Source: a virus (taxonomy: Duplodnaviria > Caudoviricetes). Taken from it: a stretch of 64,000 nucleotides of DNA. Below, piece after piece: positions 28,529-37,959 of this stretch (positions are counted from its first letter, which is position 1; every line of letters starts with the position of its first letter). The position numbers and the translations under genes are program-made. Location of the stretch: positions 1-64,000 of IMG/VR virus record IMGVR_UViG_3300021400_001366, one strand, 5' to 3'. Below the pieces are notes generated by a model, which was not told the DNA's origin, did not search any database, and saw only the letters and a program-made list of their open reading frames with translations.

Positions 28529-28763
28529 ACATAAAAGAAGAATTTGATGGGGGTGTGCTACTTGATGACGTTTAAGAATCTCATGCAGCTAATCAAAACA
28601 GACACTGTATATCTTGCGTTCTGCAATGTGCGTGGCGAATACTTTCGCACTGACCTTTGGGGTCGTTATGAAGGTCTGGATTTGCTGAAGATTATAGCAA
28701 AATGGGGCGATTGCAACGTAAAGTCTGCATCTCCGCTTGACCACTCTTTGGAGGTTGTGCTGT

Positions 28764-29036
28764 ATGCCTAAGATCATAGACGGAAGCGCCATGATACAGC
28801 GCGTCAGGGAATTGTACGAAAAAGGCAAAGTCGATCTGCCATATTACAACATCGTCAAAGAAGCTGTCCAGATGGAACCGGCATTGAAAGCGCAGGAGCC
28901 GGTGGAGCCAAAAAAACTGATGGCGAAAGACAAGAATGGATATAGGTGGAGATTCTATTGCGGCAAATGCGGCGGTGAAATAGATAGACTTGACAAGTGT
29001 TGCCGACACTGCGGAAGTGTGGTGAAGTGGGAATGA
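28764..29036 (+). CDS. small zinc-ribbon protein
   Basis: CGKCG...CCRHCG; RBS. Confidence 0.7.
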   Translation: MPKIIDGSAMIQRVRELYEKGKVDLPYYNIVKEAVQMEPALKAQEPVEPKKLMAKDKNGYRWRFYCGKCGGEIDRLDKCCRHCGSVVKWE

Positions 29037-29491
29037 CGTTTGAGGATTACAAGAAAATCCACCGTGATGATACGCCTGAGAAAATGGTCGAACAGTTACT
29101 TACTGAAAGTGATGTAATTGCAACATGTTTATCAACTAGATTCACGGCTATTGATTCGTATACTTTTGATTATTGGAATCGCGAGTATAAGTCACACAAG
29201 GAGCGCCAAAAGTGGCTTGCAAAACAGCTTTCCAAGATGGTTAAACCGCGCGTTCTAACCATAGAAGAGGCAGTAAAAGCGCCATATGTCTGGCTTGAAA
29301 GCAAAGGCGGAACGCTGCATGACATGTACAGAATTAGGCAAGTCCCCATTGATAGTACGGCGATCATGATTTATAAAATGTTTAGTGGCGACGGTGTTTC
29401 TGTTTCTCTGGATTATTTTGATGAGCGTTTCCGCTGCTGGTCGGACAAACCCACAAAAGAGCAACAGGTAGAAGCAAGGCAGGTGATGTAA
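29033..29491 (+). CDS. hypothetical protein
   Basis: coupled ORF; RCWSDKPT motif. Confidence 0.7.
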   Translation: MTFEDYKKIHRDDTPEKMVEQLLTESDVIATCLSTRFTAIDSYTFDYWNREYKSHKERQKWLAKQLSKMVKPRVLTIEEAVKAPYVWLESKGGTLHDMYRIRQVPIDSTAIMIYKMFSGDGVSVSLDYFDERFRCWSDKPTKEQQVEARQVM

Positions 29492-29748
29492 TCTGAGCTT
29501 GGGTGGTTTAATCGGTATCGCGGTGGTGGCTATTGTGCTGGCTGTAATCGCATGGAGTTAGGAGGTTTTTGATGGAGGACTTTATTCTGGTTGCGCTCTG
29601 GCTGGTCATGTGTATTTTCGACATTGTGCTGGCCTATTTCAGTTTCAAGGCGGGGAGTAACATCATTGGCGGCGCTTACGTTGCATCAACTCTGCTACTG
29701 GCTGTCGCCGCTATTCTCAGAATCAACGGCCTATAAAGGAGTGAATGT

Positions 29749-30477
29749 ATGAACAGCCACTTCAGAAAGATTGAGGATAACCGGCGACTGAAAAAGCTGT
29801 GTGAAGAAACCAGGGGTCGGCAAAAGGCTGGCGCGTGGTTCAACGACAGGAAGGGACGCTACATACAGTATTCACATAGCGATAACTCGGATAGCATGAA
29901 GCTCTGCAAACGCTGGTCAAACAGGAAGGTCAGAAGGGCGAAGGAAGCGTTGAGCCGTGGACTGTATAAGCGGCTGCTGGATATGTGGTGGATGTTGGAT
30001 TGAGGTACAATATGAAGAAAGTAACTGGATATATTGATGTTAGAGCGTTGGGTCGGCACAAATTCGAGTTTTACGTTGATGACGCTCTGACCGACAAAGA
30101 GATCAAGAAGAGGGTTTACGACGAGTGCGATTTTTACGTCAGCTATGACGTTGAAGATGGCTATGAAGAAGTAACGAGGACGATTACGGAATACCACAAG
30201 CGCGATGATGAACCGTTTGGCATGGTTAGTAAGCCCGTGAATTGTGTAACACGTAGCGCTCCGATACATAAGATAGAAGGTGACTAATAGCATGGACGAA
30301 TTTTTGAAGATGATCTACAATGAATGTGTTTCGCGCTTCGGCAGTTCAACCGAGGTGAGTATTCTGGTCAATGAAGATGGCGTTGAGCTAACGACGGTGA
30401 ACAATGCTTATTCGCTTCATCCAGAAGTTATCCCTCATCGCAAGATCACGGGTGAAAAGTACACGGTGGTTAAATGA
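29749..30477 (+). other. three small hypothetical genes (29749-30003, 30012-30287, 30280-30477)
   Basis: coupled ORFs with RBS. Confidence 0.65.
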
Positions 30478-30911
30478 GAAGATTGTTTATCATGCGCAAA
30501 GACCTGAACATGTCGCCTGGAAAGCTGGCGGCACAGGTTGCACATTGCGCGGAAGCCTATTGGACGCGGGACATTTCCTATTATTCACATTCAGATCATG
30601 TCACTGAGGTTGGCGACCTTCTGGAAATCCCGATTTATGTAGAAAAATCGGTTTTTAAAAACTACATTTGTGGGTCATTCGTCAAGACTATATGTGAAGC
30701 CAGGAACAAGAATCATCTGCTAAAGGCCAAAGACAAGGCAATTGAGCTGGGCTTGGTAGAGAATACCGATTTCGGCTTGATCTACGACAAATGCTTAACT
30801 GAACTGCAACCAGAGGAAGAGAACGGCACGACGCTGACCGGTATTTGGTTTTGTCCGCTGCCTGATGATGTGGCGCACGAAATCAGCAGGAAGTATCAGT
30901 TATACAGATAG
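30474..30911 (+). CDS. peptidyl-tRNA hydrolase type 2 (PTH2) family
   Basis: MRKDLNMSPGKLAAQVAH...D...TEL...T..G signature. Confidence 0.85.
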   Translation: MRRLFIMRKDLNMSPGKLAAQVAHCAEAYWTRDISYYSHSDHVTEVGDLLEIPIYVEKSVFKNYICGSFVKTICEARNKNHLLKAKDKAIELGLVENTDFGLIYDKCLTELQPEEENGTTLTGIWFCPLPDDVAHEISRKYQLYR

Positions 30912-30930
30912 ACTCAAATTTATAACACAG

Positions 30931-30976
30931 AAATCAGTCGTTATGTGTTGACAAATAGTTGCGCTGGAGTTATGAT
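30931..30976 (+). promoter_or_regulatory. promoter with AAATCAGTCGTTA element
   Basis: TTGACA 30948-30953, TATGAT 30971-30976. Confidence 0.85.
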
Positions 30977-30999
30977 AACAATGTCAGGAGGCGAAAGGT

Positions 31000-32061
31000 T
31001 TGAAATATTTCTATGACAGTTATAACAATTTCATTGAGGGGTTCTCGAAGAAAACGGGTAAATACTTCCGCAGCGGAGTCCTTGACAGAAAAAACAAAGA
31101 CACTGGCATTGATCCTTTCATGCGCTGTTTCCCAAACCTCATTGATATTGGTATCATGACTCGCTGTGTTTGCGTGAACCAGTGCAAGGTTGACTGTTAC
31201 CAGAGGGCGATTGATCGAACCGGCGATAACATGTCGCTGAAAGACTATCAGTCCATCATGGAACAGTGCAAAGGTAAGATTTGGCAATGCGCACTTGGAG
31301 GAAGTGGTGATCCTGATACTCATGAGAACTTCCGCGAGATCATGGAAATGACCAGGGCTTACGACATTGTGCCTAATTTCACGACATCTGGCATTGCTTT
31401 CAACAAAGAGAAAGCAAAGATTTGCAGATATTACGCTGGCGCTGTCGCGGTTTCTGAACACAACGCAGATTACACGCACAATGCCGTTAAAATGCTGCTT
31501 GACGCTGGCGTGAAAACCAATATCCATTATGTTCTGTCCAATGAAAGCATTGACCCTGCGATTCAGCGGCTACGCAGTAACTACTATGGTAACTTGAACG
31601 CCCTGGTTTTCCTACTGTACAAGCCGATTGGCCTTGGCAAGCCTGAAAAAGTGTTGAAGCCCGATGATCCCAGACTGGCAGAGTTTTTCCGCGTGGTCGA
31701 TGACAACCAGTGTACGCATAAGATCGGTTTTGATAGCTGTACGGCTCCCGCTATCCTGAATCATTGCAAGAAAGTGGACATGGATAGCATCGACTTCTGT
31801 GAGGGTGGCCGCTTTTCAATGTACATCGACGCGAACATGAACGCGATGCCTTGCAGCTTCGGCAATCAGGATAAGAAGTGGTTTGTCAGCCTTAGAGATC
31901 ACACGATTGAAGAAGCGTGGAACAGCGACGTATTCCACAAGTTTAGGCAATCGCTCCGCTTGTCCTGTGGTTCATGTGCTGAACGATCTGCTTGTGCCGG
32001 TGGCTGTCCGATTTGCCGTGACATCGTACTTTGCAACCGAAAGGAGAAGGTATTACTGTGA
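31000..32061 (+). CDS. radical SAM/SPASM-domain protein
   Basis: CxxxCxxxC-type cluster motif (CVNQCKVDCY), ALGGSGDP; SPASM CEGG...PCS...CxxC..RSACAGGC. Confidence 0.88.
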   Translation: MKYFYDSYNNFIEGFSKKTGKYFRSGVLDRKNKDTGIDPFMRCFPNLIDIGIMTRCVCVNQCKVDCYQRAIDRTGDNMSLKDYQSIMEQCKGKIWQCALGGSGDPDTHENFREIMEMTRAYDIVPNFTTSGIAFNKEKAKICRYYAGAVAVSEHNADYTHNAVKMLLDAGVKTNIHYVLSNESIDPAIQRLRSNYYGNLNALVFLLYKPIGLGKPEKVLKPDDPRLAEFFRVVDDNQCTHKIGFDSCTAPAILNHCKKVDMDSIDFCEGGRFSMYIDANMNAMPCSFGNQDKKWFVSLRDHTIEEAWNSDVFHKFRQSLRLSCGSCAERSACAGGCPICRDIVLCNRKEKVLL

Positions 32062-33740
32062 CCAATCTGATTGAAGTCGTTGAGAACAGCAGCGCAAAGA
32101 AGAATTTCTATCCTACACCTGATTCGGTTGCCGAGGAACTGCTGAAGGACATCCAGGTTCATAGGTTTCACAACATCCTTGAACCCAGCGCTGGCAAGGG
32201 TGATTTGGCGAAGTACGTCATAGGCAAAGCGTTTGAAGAAACAAGCGCACATTATTGGAGAGATCAATTCTTCGCTGGTCATTGGCCCAAGGATGAGTTC
32301 GATTGGAATAAGGCGTTTGAGCGAGTCAACATTGAGTGCATTGAAATCGACCCTGTTCTCCGTAATGTGCTTGAAAGTGAAGGTTTTCGCGTTATCCATG
32401 ATGATTTTCTTACCTATGAAACTCAGCAGAGGTATGACCTGATCGTAATGAATCCCCCATTTGACCAGGGCGCGGAACATTTGCTTAAAGCCATTGGCCT
32501 GATGCAGCATGGTGGCACAATTGCCTGTATTCTGAACGCTGAAACGCTGAAAAATCCGTACACCATCAAGCGGCAGGAACTCATGAAGGAACTGAAAAAG
32601 TATGATGCCGAGGTACGGTTCGTTGAGAACGGATTTTCTGACGCTGAACGCAAGACGGATGTTGAAATCGCGCTTATCACGCTGAAAATTCCAGAAGTCA
32701 AAGTCGATAGCACCATCATGGACGATATGCGGAAAGCGCCGACCTATAAATCCGCTGGTATTCCGCAAGGTGTTGAAGAGCTGGTCAAGTATAACGAGAT
32801 TGAGAAGTGGGTCAACCGCTACAATTTCGAGGTGGCTTGCGGTATTCGCCTGATTGAAGAATACGAGTCGATGAGTCGAGTGCTGGGCGAAGGGGCAAAC
32901 GGTGATAGCGCTGGGTTTGGCTTGTCTTTGACCGCTGGCAAGGATAGAGCGCCGAATATCAACACGTTTATTCGTTCGACTAGGCTCAAATATTGGCGCA
33001 TGATCTTCCGTCAACCGATGATAACCGAGAAATTCACGTCCAATCTGATTCAGGAGCTTGACAACAGCGTTGAAAAGCTGGCAGACTACGAGTTTTCCGT
33101 GTTCAACATTCTCACTCTGATTATCAAGATGAACAGCAAGGTAATCATGGGCGTAGAAGAAACGATTATCAAGCTGTTCGACGATTGGACAGCAAGCTAC
33201 TGGCATGAGGACAGCCCGAACCGACATTATTACAATGGCTGGAAAACCAACGATTGCTTCAGGGTAGGCAAGAAGGTTATCGTGCCTTTCTATAACGCCT
33301 ATAGCGATTGGAGCGGCAATTTTCAGTCTTACCAAGTGACGAGTAAATTCAACGACATTGAAAAGACGTTCGATTATCTGGATGCTGGCCGCACGAAGTA
33401 CGACAGGGACGTATTCGACATCATGAACGAGGTCGAAAGAACGCAGAACGCCAAGAAGATCGACACGAAATACTTTGTTGCGACCTTCTACAAGAAGGGA
33501 ACCTGTCACCTTGAATTTAAGGACATGGACTTGCTTGAAAAATTCAACGTGTTCGCGTCCCAGAAGAAGGGTTGGTTGCCTCCGATGTACGGTAAAAAGC
33601 GCTATAACGATATGACAGAAGAAGAAAAGACTGTTGTCGATAACTTCCAGGGCAAGGAAGCCTACGAAAAGGTCATGAGCAACCCAGACTATTTCCTGAA
33701 CGCTGGCAGCAACCAGCTATTGATCGGAGCGGCAGTATAA
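32058..33740 (+). CDS. adenine DNA methyltransferase-like protein (DUF4942 type)
   Basis: FYPTP, ILEPSAGKG, IVMNPPF; C-terminal FYKKGTCH. Confidence 0.88.
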   Translation: MTNLIEVVENSSAKKNFYPTPDSVAEELLKDIQVHRFHNILEPSAGKGDLAKYVIGKAFEETSAHYWRDQFFAGHWPKDEFDWNKAFERVNIECIEIDPVLRNVLESEGFRVIHDDFLTYETQQRYDLIVMNPPFDQGAEHLLKAIGLMQHGGTIACILNAETLKNPYTIKRQELMKELKKYDAEVRFVENGFSDAERKTDVEIALITLKIPEVKVDSTIMDDMRKAPTYKSAGIPQGVEELVKYNEIEKWVNRYNFEVACGIRLIEEYESMSRVLGEGANGDSAGFGLSLTAGKDRAPNINTFIRSTRLKYWRMIFRQPMITEKFTSNLIQELDNSVEKLADYEFSVFNILTLIIKMNSKVIMGVEETIIKLFDDWTASYWHEDSPNRHYYNGWKTNDCFRVGKKVIVPFYNAYSDWSGNFQSYQVTSKFNDIEKTFDYLDAGRTKYDRDVFDIMNEVERTQNAKKIDTKYFVATFYKKGTCHLEFKDMDLLEKFNVFASQKKGWLPPMYGKKRYNDMTEEEKTVVDNFQGKEAYEKVMSNPDYFLNAGSNQLLIGAAV

Positions 33741-33741
33741 C

Positions 33742-33990
33742 ATGGATAAGATCGTATCTGTTCTGGATATTCCGACTGGATATACCAGGCTTGGAGCGCA
33801 TAAAAACAGGGATAAGGCAGGTTACACCATAATAATAAGCCGATTAGATGAGAAACATGATCTTCATTCTGAGCTAAGTGGCGATGAAACCTATGAGCCG
33901 CTAATGGGTATCGTCATTAATAGTAGCGATTCAGCCAGAGCATACGCCAAATTCTTTGAAAGAGTTGCCGAATCAATAGACAAGGAGTGA
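33742..33990 (+). CDS. hypothetical protein
   Basis: ORF. Confidence 0.6.
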   Translation: MDKIVSVLDIPTGYTRLGAHKNRDKAGYTIIISRLDEKHDLHSELSGDETYEPLMGIVINSSDSARAYAKFFERVAESIDKE

Positions 33991-33994
33991 CTAT

Positions 33995-34432
33995 ATGAAG
34001 GTAAGAACAGACTTTGTAACAAACAGCTCAAGCAGCTCATTCGTGATTGCATACCGTGATTCCCAGCCGTTCGACGATGAAACGCTCAGGAAATATCCGA
34101 TTTTGAAGCATGTCGGCAACGTCGTGCAACTTCTGCTGGATATGACTAGCGATTGGGGTGAAACCCGCGCGGCAGACATCATCGCGGACGAAAAAGACCT
34201 TGAGTATTACATCGTTGACAATTACGGCTGTCGTGATTGGAACATCGACGTGACTCTGTGCAATGATGAATACGCCAAGAAGCTGTATGAAAAGTGTAAG
34301 GAGTATCTTGACAAGGGCTACAAGATAGCTTTGAAGGATGTTGCCTATGGTGACGAAATGCTTTCAGATGCTATTGAGAAGCTGTCCATGAACAACGAAG
34401 ATTTCATTCTGCTGGGAGTTGACGAAGTATGA
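33995..34432 (+). CDS. MKxRTDFVTNSSSSSF-motif protein 1
   Basis: N-terminal 16 aa shared with the next gene. Confidence 0.8.
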   Translation: MKVRTDFVTNSSSSSFVIAYRDSQPFDDETLRKYPILKHVGNVVQLLLDMTSDWGETRAADIIADEKDLEYYIVDNYGCRDWNIDVTLCNDEYAKKLYEKCKEYLDKGYKIALKDVAYGDEMLSDAIEKLSMNNEDFILLGVDEV

Positions 34433-34899
34433 AGATCAGGACGGATTTTGTAACCAACTCAAGCAGCAGCAGTTTTATTCTCGGTTTCAACAACGAAAAA
34501 TCCGTTATTTCAGAGATTAAAGATAACACACCGCTGGGTGGCTACATTGAACGATTGCTTGAAGATGTCGGCAAGGCAAAAAGAATGAGCCGTGAAGATG
34601 TTGAAGCTCAACTCAGAGAAGAACAGGAACCTGCTGTTGAATATGAGCTTGCGCGTATTCTTCAAAGGCAAGGCTATTCTTATACAGAGTCGTGGGATTA
34701 TGTGTATCGCACAGATGAAGGTCGGGATAAGGTTCAAAATATGTTGGATGAGTGGATGAAGGAAACCTCTATGAGGTTGGACGAGTGTTCCGTTTTCGTT
34801 GAAGTTGAATATGAAGATCATACCGACATCGGCAGCGATATGGAACATGAAGTTATGCCTCGCCATCCGAACACCATTGCACGATTTAGTTATCATTAG
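34429..34899 (+). CDS. MKxRTDFVTNSSSSSF-motif protein 2
   Basis: N-terminal 16 aa shared with the previous gene. Confidence 0.8.
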   Translation: MKIRTDFVTNSSSSSFILGFNNEKSVISEIKDNTPLGGYIERLLEDVGKAKRMSREDVEAQLREEQEPAVEYELARILQRQGYSYTESWDYVYRTDEGRDKVQNMLDEWMKETSMRLDECSVFVEVEYEDHTDIGSDMEHEVMPRHPNTIARFSYH

Positions 34900-34910
34900 G
34901 CGGTGATCCT

Positions 34911-35654
34911 ATCGAGAGCTACATCAAGCAAGGCGATTGCATAGAATTGATGTGCGAAATTCCCGATGGCTCTGTCGATATGATCTTGTGTGACTTGCCC
35001 TATGGTCAGACAGCGCGAAACTATTGGGATAAGATCATCCCGTTTGATGAACTTTGGGAACACTACGAGCGAGTGATTAAACCCAATGGCGCGATTGTGC
35101 TGTTTGGCCAGGGCATGTTTACCGCAGACCTAATGACGAGTAAGCGCGAACTATGGCGGTATAATCTCATTTGGCAGAAAACGCAGCCAACAGGATTTCT
35201 CAATGCCAAGCGGATGCCTATGAGAAGCCATGAGGATATATGCGTATTCTATAAGTCTTTGCCTACATATAACCCGCAAATGACCCACGGCCATACACGG
35301 AAGGTCAGCACGGCAGCACATCATGTAAACAGCAAGAAAACGATGGACTATGGCGAACACGGTTTGACTGATTATGACAGCACAGACCGTTATCCACTTT
35401 CAATTATCACGTTTTCAAAAGACACTCAGAAACACGCGCTACATCCAACGCAGAAACCCGTTGCTTTGTGCGAATACTTGATAAAGACGTATACGAATCC
35501 CGGCGACCTCGTGCTTGATAACTGCATGGGTAGCGGCAGCACGATTGTCGCGTCGATCAATACGGACAGGAAGTACATCGGTTTTGAATTGGATGATGGC
35601 TATTTTGAAGTGGCTCAACAGAGAATAGGAGAAACGCTTGGAGAGTTACATTAA
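34911..35654 (+). CDS. N4/N6 DNA methyltransferase (beta class)
   Basis: ILCDLPYG, HPTQKP, VLDNCMGSGST; probable ATC start at 34911 after GGCGGTGA, giving ESYIKQGDC. Confidence 0.9.
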   Translation: MESYIKQGDCIELMCEIPDGSVDMILCDLPYGQTARNYWDKIIPFDELWEHYERVIKPNGAIVLFGQGMFTADLMTSKRELWRYNLIWQKTQPTGFLNAKRMPMRSHEDICVFYKSLPTYNPQMTHGHTRKVSTAAHHVNSKKTMDYGEHGLTDYDSTDRYPLSIITFSKDTQKHALHPTQKPVALCEYLIKTYTNPGDLVLDNCMGSGSTIVASINTDRKYIGFELDDGYFEVAQQRIGETLGELH

Positions 35655-36281
35655 ATGCGGCGATTGTATGCAGCTCATGGGCGAGATCGAACCCTCTATA
35701 GGGGGGGCATTGAGCTATGCGTTACGGATATTCCGTATGATGTAGTCAATCGCGATTCAAACGGTATCAGGAATTTCGACAAGGGGAAAGCCGACGAGGG
35801 TACATTCGATCTTGAGGATTTTCTGTCTGGTCTGCTTCGGGTTGTGAAGGGCAGCATTTACATATTCTGTTCAACAGAGCAGGTAAGTTGTATCCGCAAG
35901 TTTTTCGTAGATCACAAGTTATCAACTCGGCTTATCATTTGGGAAAAGACAAATCCTTCGCCTGTAAATGGTCAGCATATTTGGCTTAGTGGGGTCGAAT
36001 GCTGCGTGTATGCGCGAAAGAAGGGCGCTGTGTTTAACGGTTTCTGCGAGAATACGGTGCTGAGATTTCCATGCGGCAGGAACAGGCTGCATCCTACACA
36101 AAAACCTGAAAAGCTGATAGAGAAACTTGTTGAAATGAGTTCAAACCAGGGCGACGTAGTATTTGACCCGTGTATGGGCAGCGGCACGACATGCGTTGCA
36201 GCGAAGAACCTGGGTCGTAAATACATAGGCTTTGAACTTGACGAAAAGTATTTTGAGATAGCTAAACAAAGACTGGCTTAA
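35638..36281 (+). pseudogene. N4/N6 DNA methyltransferase frameshifted at a G7 tract (phase-OFF)
   Basis: TTG 35638 reads MESYIKCGDCMQLM.. to G7 (35701-35707); TDIPY, HPTQKP and FDPCMGSGTT lie in another frame; G8 restores the frame. Confidence 0.8.
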
Positions 36282-36315
36282 AATTGATTTTTTATATTGT
36301 ATGAGAGGTTAGCAA

Positions 36316-36973
36316 ATGCGTGTTTTAGTTGCTTGCGAAGAATCCCAGGCTGTAACAAAAGAACTGCGGAAATTGGGGCATGAAGCGTACAGTTGCGACC
36401 TCCAAGAATGTAGCGGAGGTCATCCCGAATGGCATATTCAGGGTGATGTCACATCTATTCTAGGGGGGGGGCTGTGACTTCGTGACGATGGATGGTGTGC
36501 AACATAGCATACCCGATAGATGGGATATGATTATTGCACATCCACCATGCACACACTTATGTTCGAGCGGCCAAAGATGGTTCACCGAAGGTAAAAAAGA
36601 TTACCGGCTTCAGCGCGAAGCAATAGCATTTTTCTATCAATTTGTTATGGCCGACTGTGATCGTATCGCCATTGAAAATCCGGTAGGAGTAATGAGCACA
36701 GCTTACAGAAAGCCAGATTGCATCATCAATCCATGGCAGTTTGGTGATCCAGAACAGAAGAAAACATGCCTTTGGCTTAAAGGACTTCCTCCGCTAAAAG
36801 AAACAAATAACGTCTATGATTATATGATGACACTACCGCCCAAAGAACGTGCTCGAATATGGTATTTGGGTGGTGGTCACGGCAAAGAGCGAAGTAAAAC
36901 ATATCCTGGAATTGCCCGTGCAATGGCAGAACAATGGGCTGGTGATGCAACACTAACCGACTCAAAATCTTAA
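36316..36973 (+). pseudogene. cytosine-C5 DNA methyltransferase-like gene frameshifted at a G9 tract (phase-OFF)
   Basis: ATG 36316 MRVLVACEESQ..GGHPEWHIQGDV stops at TGA 36475; AHPPCT and IENP follow in another frame; G8 or G11 restores the frame. Confidence 0.82.
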
Positions 36974-36980
36974 CAGAGAA

Positions 36981-37025
36981 AATCAGTCAATCCCTATTGA
37001 CAGATTCTTGGAATTGTGGTAAAAT
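36981..37025 (+). promoter_or_regulatory. promoter of the tRNA/ncRNA cluster with full palindromic operator
   Basis: aatcagtca-atccctat-tgacagatt; TTGACA 36997, TAAAAT 37020. Confidence 0.85.
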
Positions 37026-37222
37026 ACATAATGTCGAAGGGAGATGACGGCATGAGGCTGACGAGTGGTTTTCCTAGTATTCGGTGGCAGTTCCCGCGCT
37101 GATCTCGCCCAAGAAAGTGCGGCGCATGGTTTGGATGGCGGCTGGTGATGCGCACATCAGCAAGGCAGGATCATCCGATAAGTCTAAACCATGCGATATG
37201 AGAATCAGTCGTTAAGCAATGA

Positions 37223-37297
37223 AGTCCTTTAGTAGAGAAGTAAGCACACATGGCTTTGACCCATGGGAAGGTGGGGCAGTACCACCAAGGACTACCA
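37223..37297 (+). tRNA. trnQ: tRNA-Gln(UUG), atypical T-loop
   Basis: acceptor agtcctt/aaggact, anticodon arm catgg-ctTTGac-ccatg, T-loop GGCAGTA, CCA. Confidence 0.8.
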
Positions 37298-37351
37298 ACG
37301 GCAAGTTTCACGATGTTAGCCTAGAAAATCGAAAGCGGGGATTCCCGCTGT

Positions 37352-37441
37352 GGCTACTTGGTCGAGTGGTTTAAGACGGCGCACTTGAAATGCGTTGACG
37401 GGTAATACCGTCCGTGGGTTCAAATCCTACAGTAGCCGCCA
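37352..37441 (+). tRNA. trnS: tRNA-Ser(UGA)
   Basis: cloverleaf with long variable arm, ctTGAaa, GCCA end. Confidence 0.95.
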
Positions 37442-37726
37442 CATTCAGGGTCGCGCCCTGACGATCTCGCTGCGACACAGTGAGCCAGAATGTTATCTTG
37501 TCTTGACGGAACACATACGCGGGACAGAGTGTTTAGAGCCTAGCGGTGTGGGAAGTAGTTGCAACCAAGGCAGAATGTCGGTTAAACCGCTTGCACCTTC
37601 CGGTTCATAGGGTAGCAAGTTAAGCCACTTACCTTGACTTCGGAGATTAGGTGTCGATGATGTTGTCGAGGACAAACGAAGTGGTAGCCGAATTTACACT
37701 CATGCGGTTTGTCGGCTTTTGATTAT

Positions 37727-37802
37727 GCTTCCGTAACTCAATTGGCAGAGCAGCGCACTTGTAATGCGCAGGTTGTAGGTTCAAATCCTATCGGAAGCTC
37801 CA
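37727..37802 (+). tRNA. trnT: tRNA-Thr(UGU)
   Basis: cloverleaf, ctTGTaa, CCA. Confidence 0.95.
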
Positions 37803-37803
37803 T

Positions 37804-37955
37804 CGGGAACTAGCTCAGTAGGTTAGAGCAGCGGCCTTGGGGCGGTAGTGTAAAGAGCACACTAGAAAAGCAAGAGTCTAGTAGCGTAAGGGCGGTACTT
37901 AGACGCTCCACCAATAAGCCGTGTGTCCAGAGTTCAAGTCTCTGGTTCCCGACCA
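37804..37955 (+). tRNA. trnI: tRNA-Ile(UAU) split in the anticodon loop by a 75-nt insert (halves 37804-37838 and 37914-37955)
   Basis: joined halves give a 77-nt cloverleaf: cgggaac/gttcccg, gctc/gagc, gcggc-ctT|ATaa-gccgt, cagag-ttcaagt-ctctg, ACCA. Confidence 0.88.
37839..37913 (+). ncRNA. nested tRNA-like element ending in CCA
   Basis: ggggcg/cgctcc-A-CCA acceptor, gtgt/gcac D arm, ctaga/tctag arm with 10-nt loop, taag-GGCGGTA-ctta T arm. Confidence 0.8.
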
Positions 37956-37959
37956 TCAT

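Noticed and set aside
31899-33509. Long minus-strand ORFs (also 3214-4185, 11813-12982, 17254-18645, 60337-61434)
   Set aside because: Antisense shadows of well-supported + strand genes; no RBS or recognisable motifs
35655-35700. ORF-track start MRRLYAAHG for the second methyltransferase
   Set aside because: The paralogue-like N-terminus with an RBS is in another frame (TTG 35638), joined through the G7 tract
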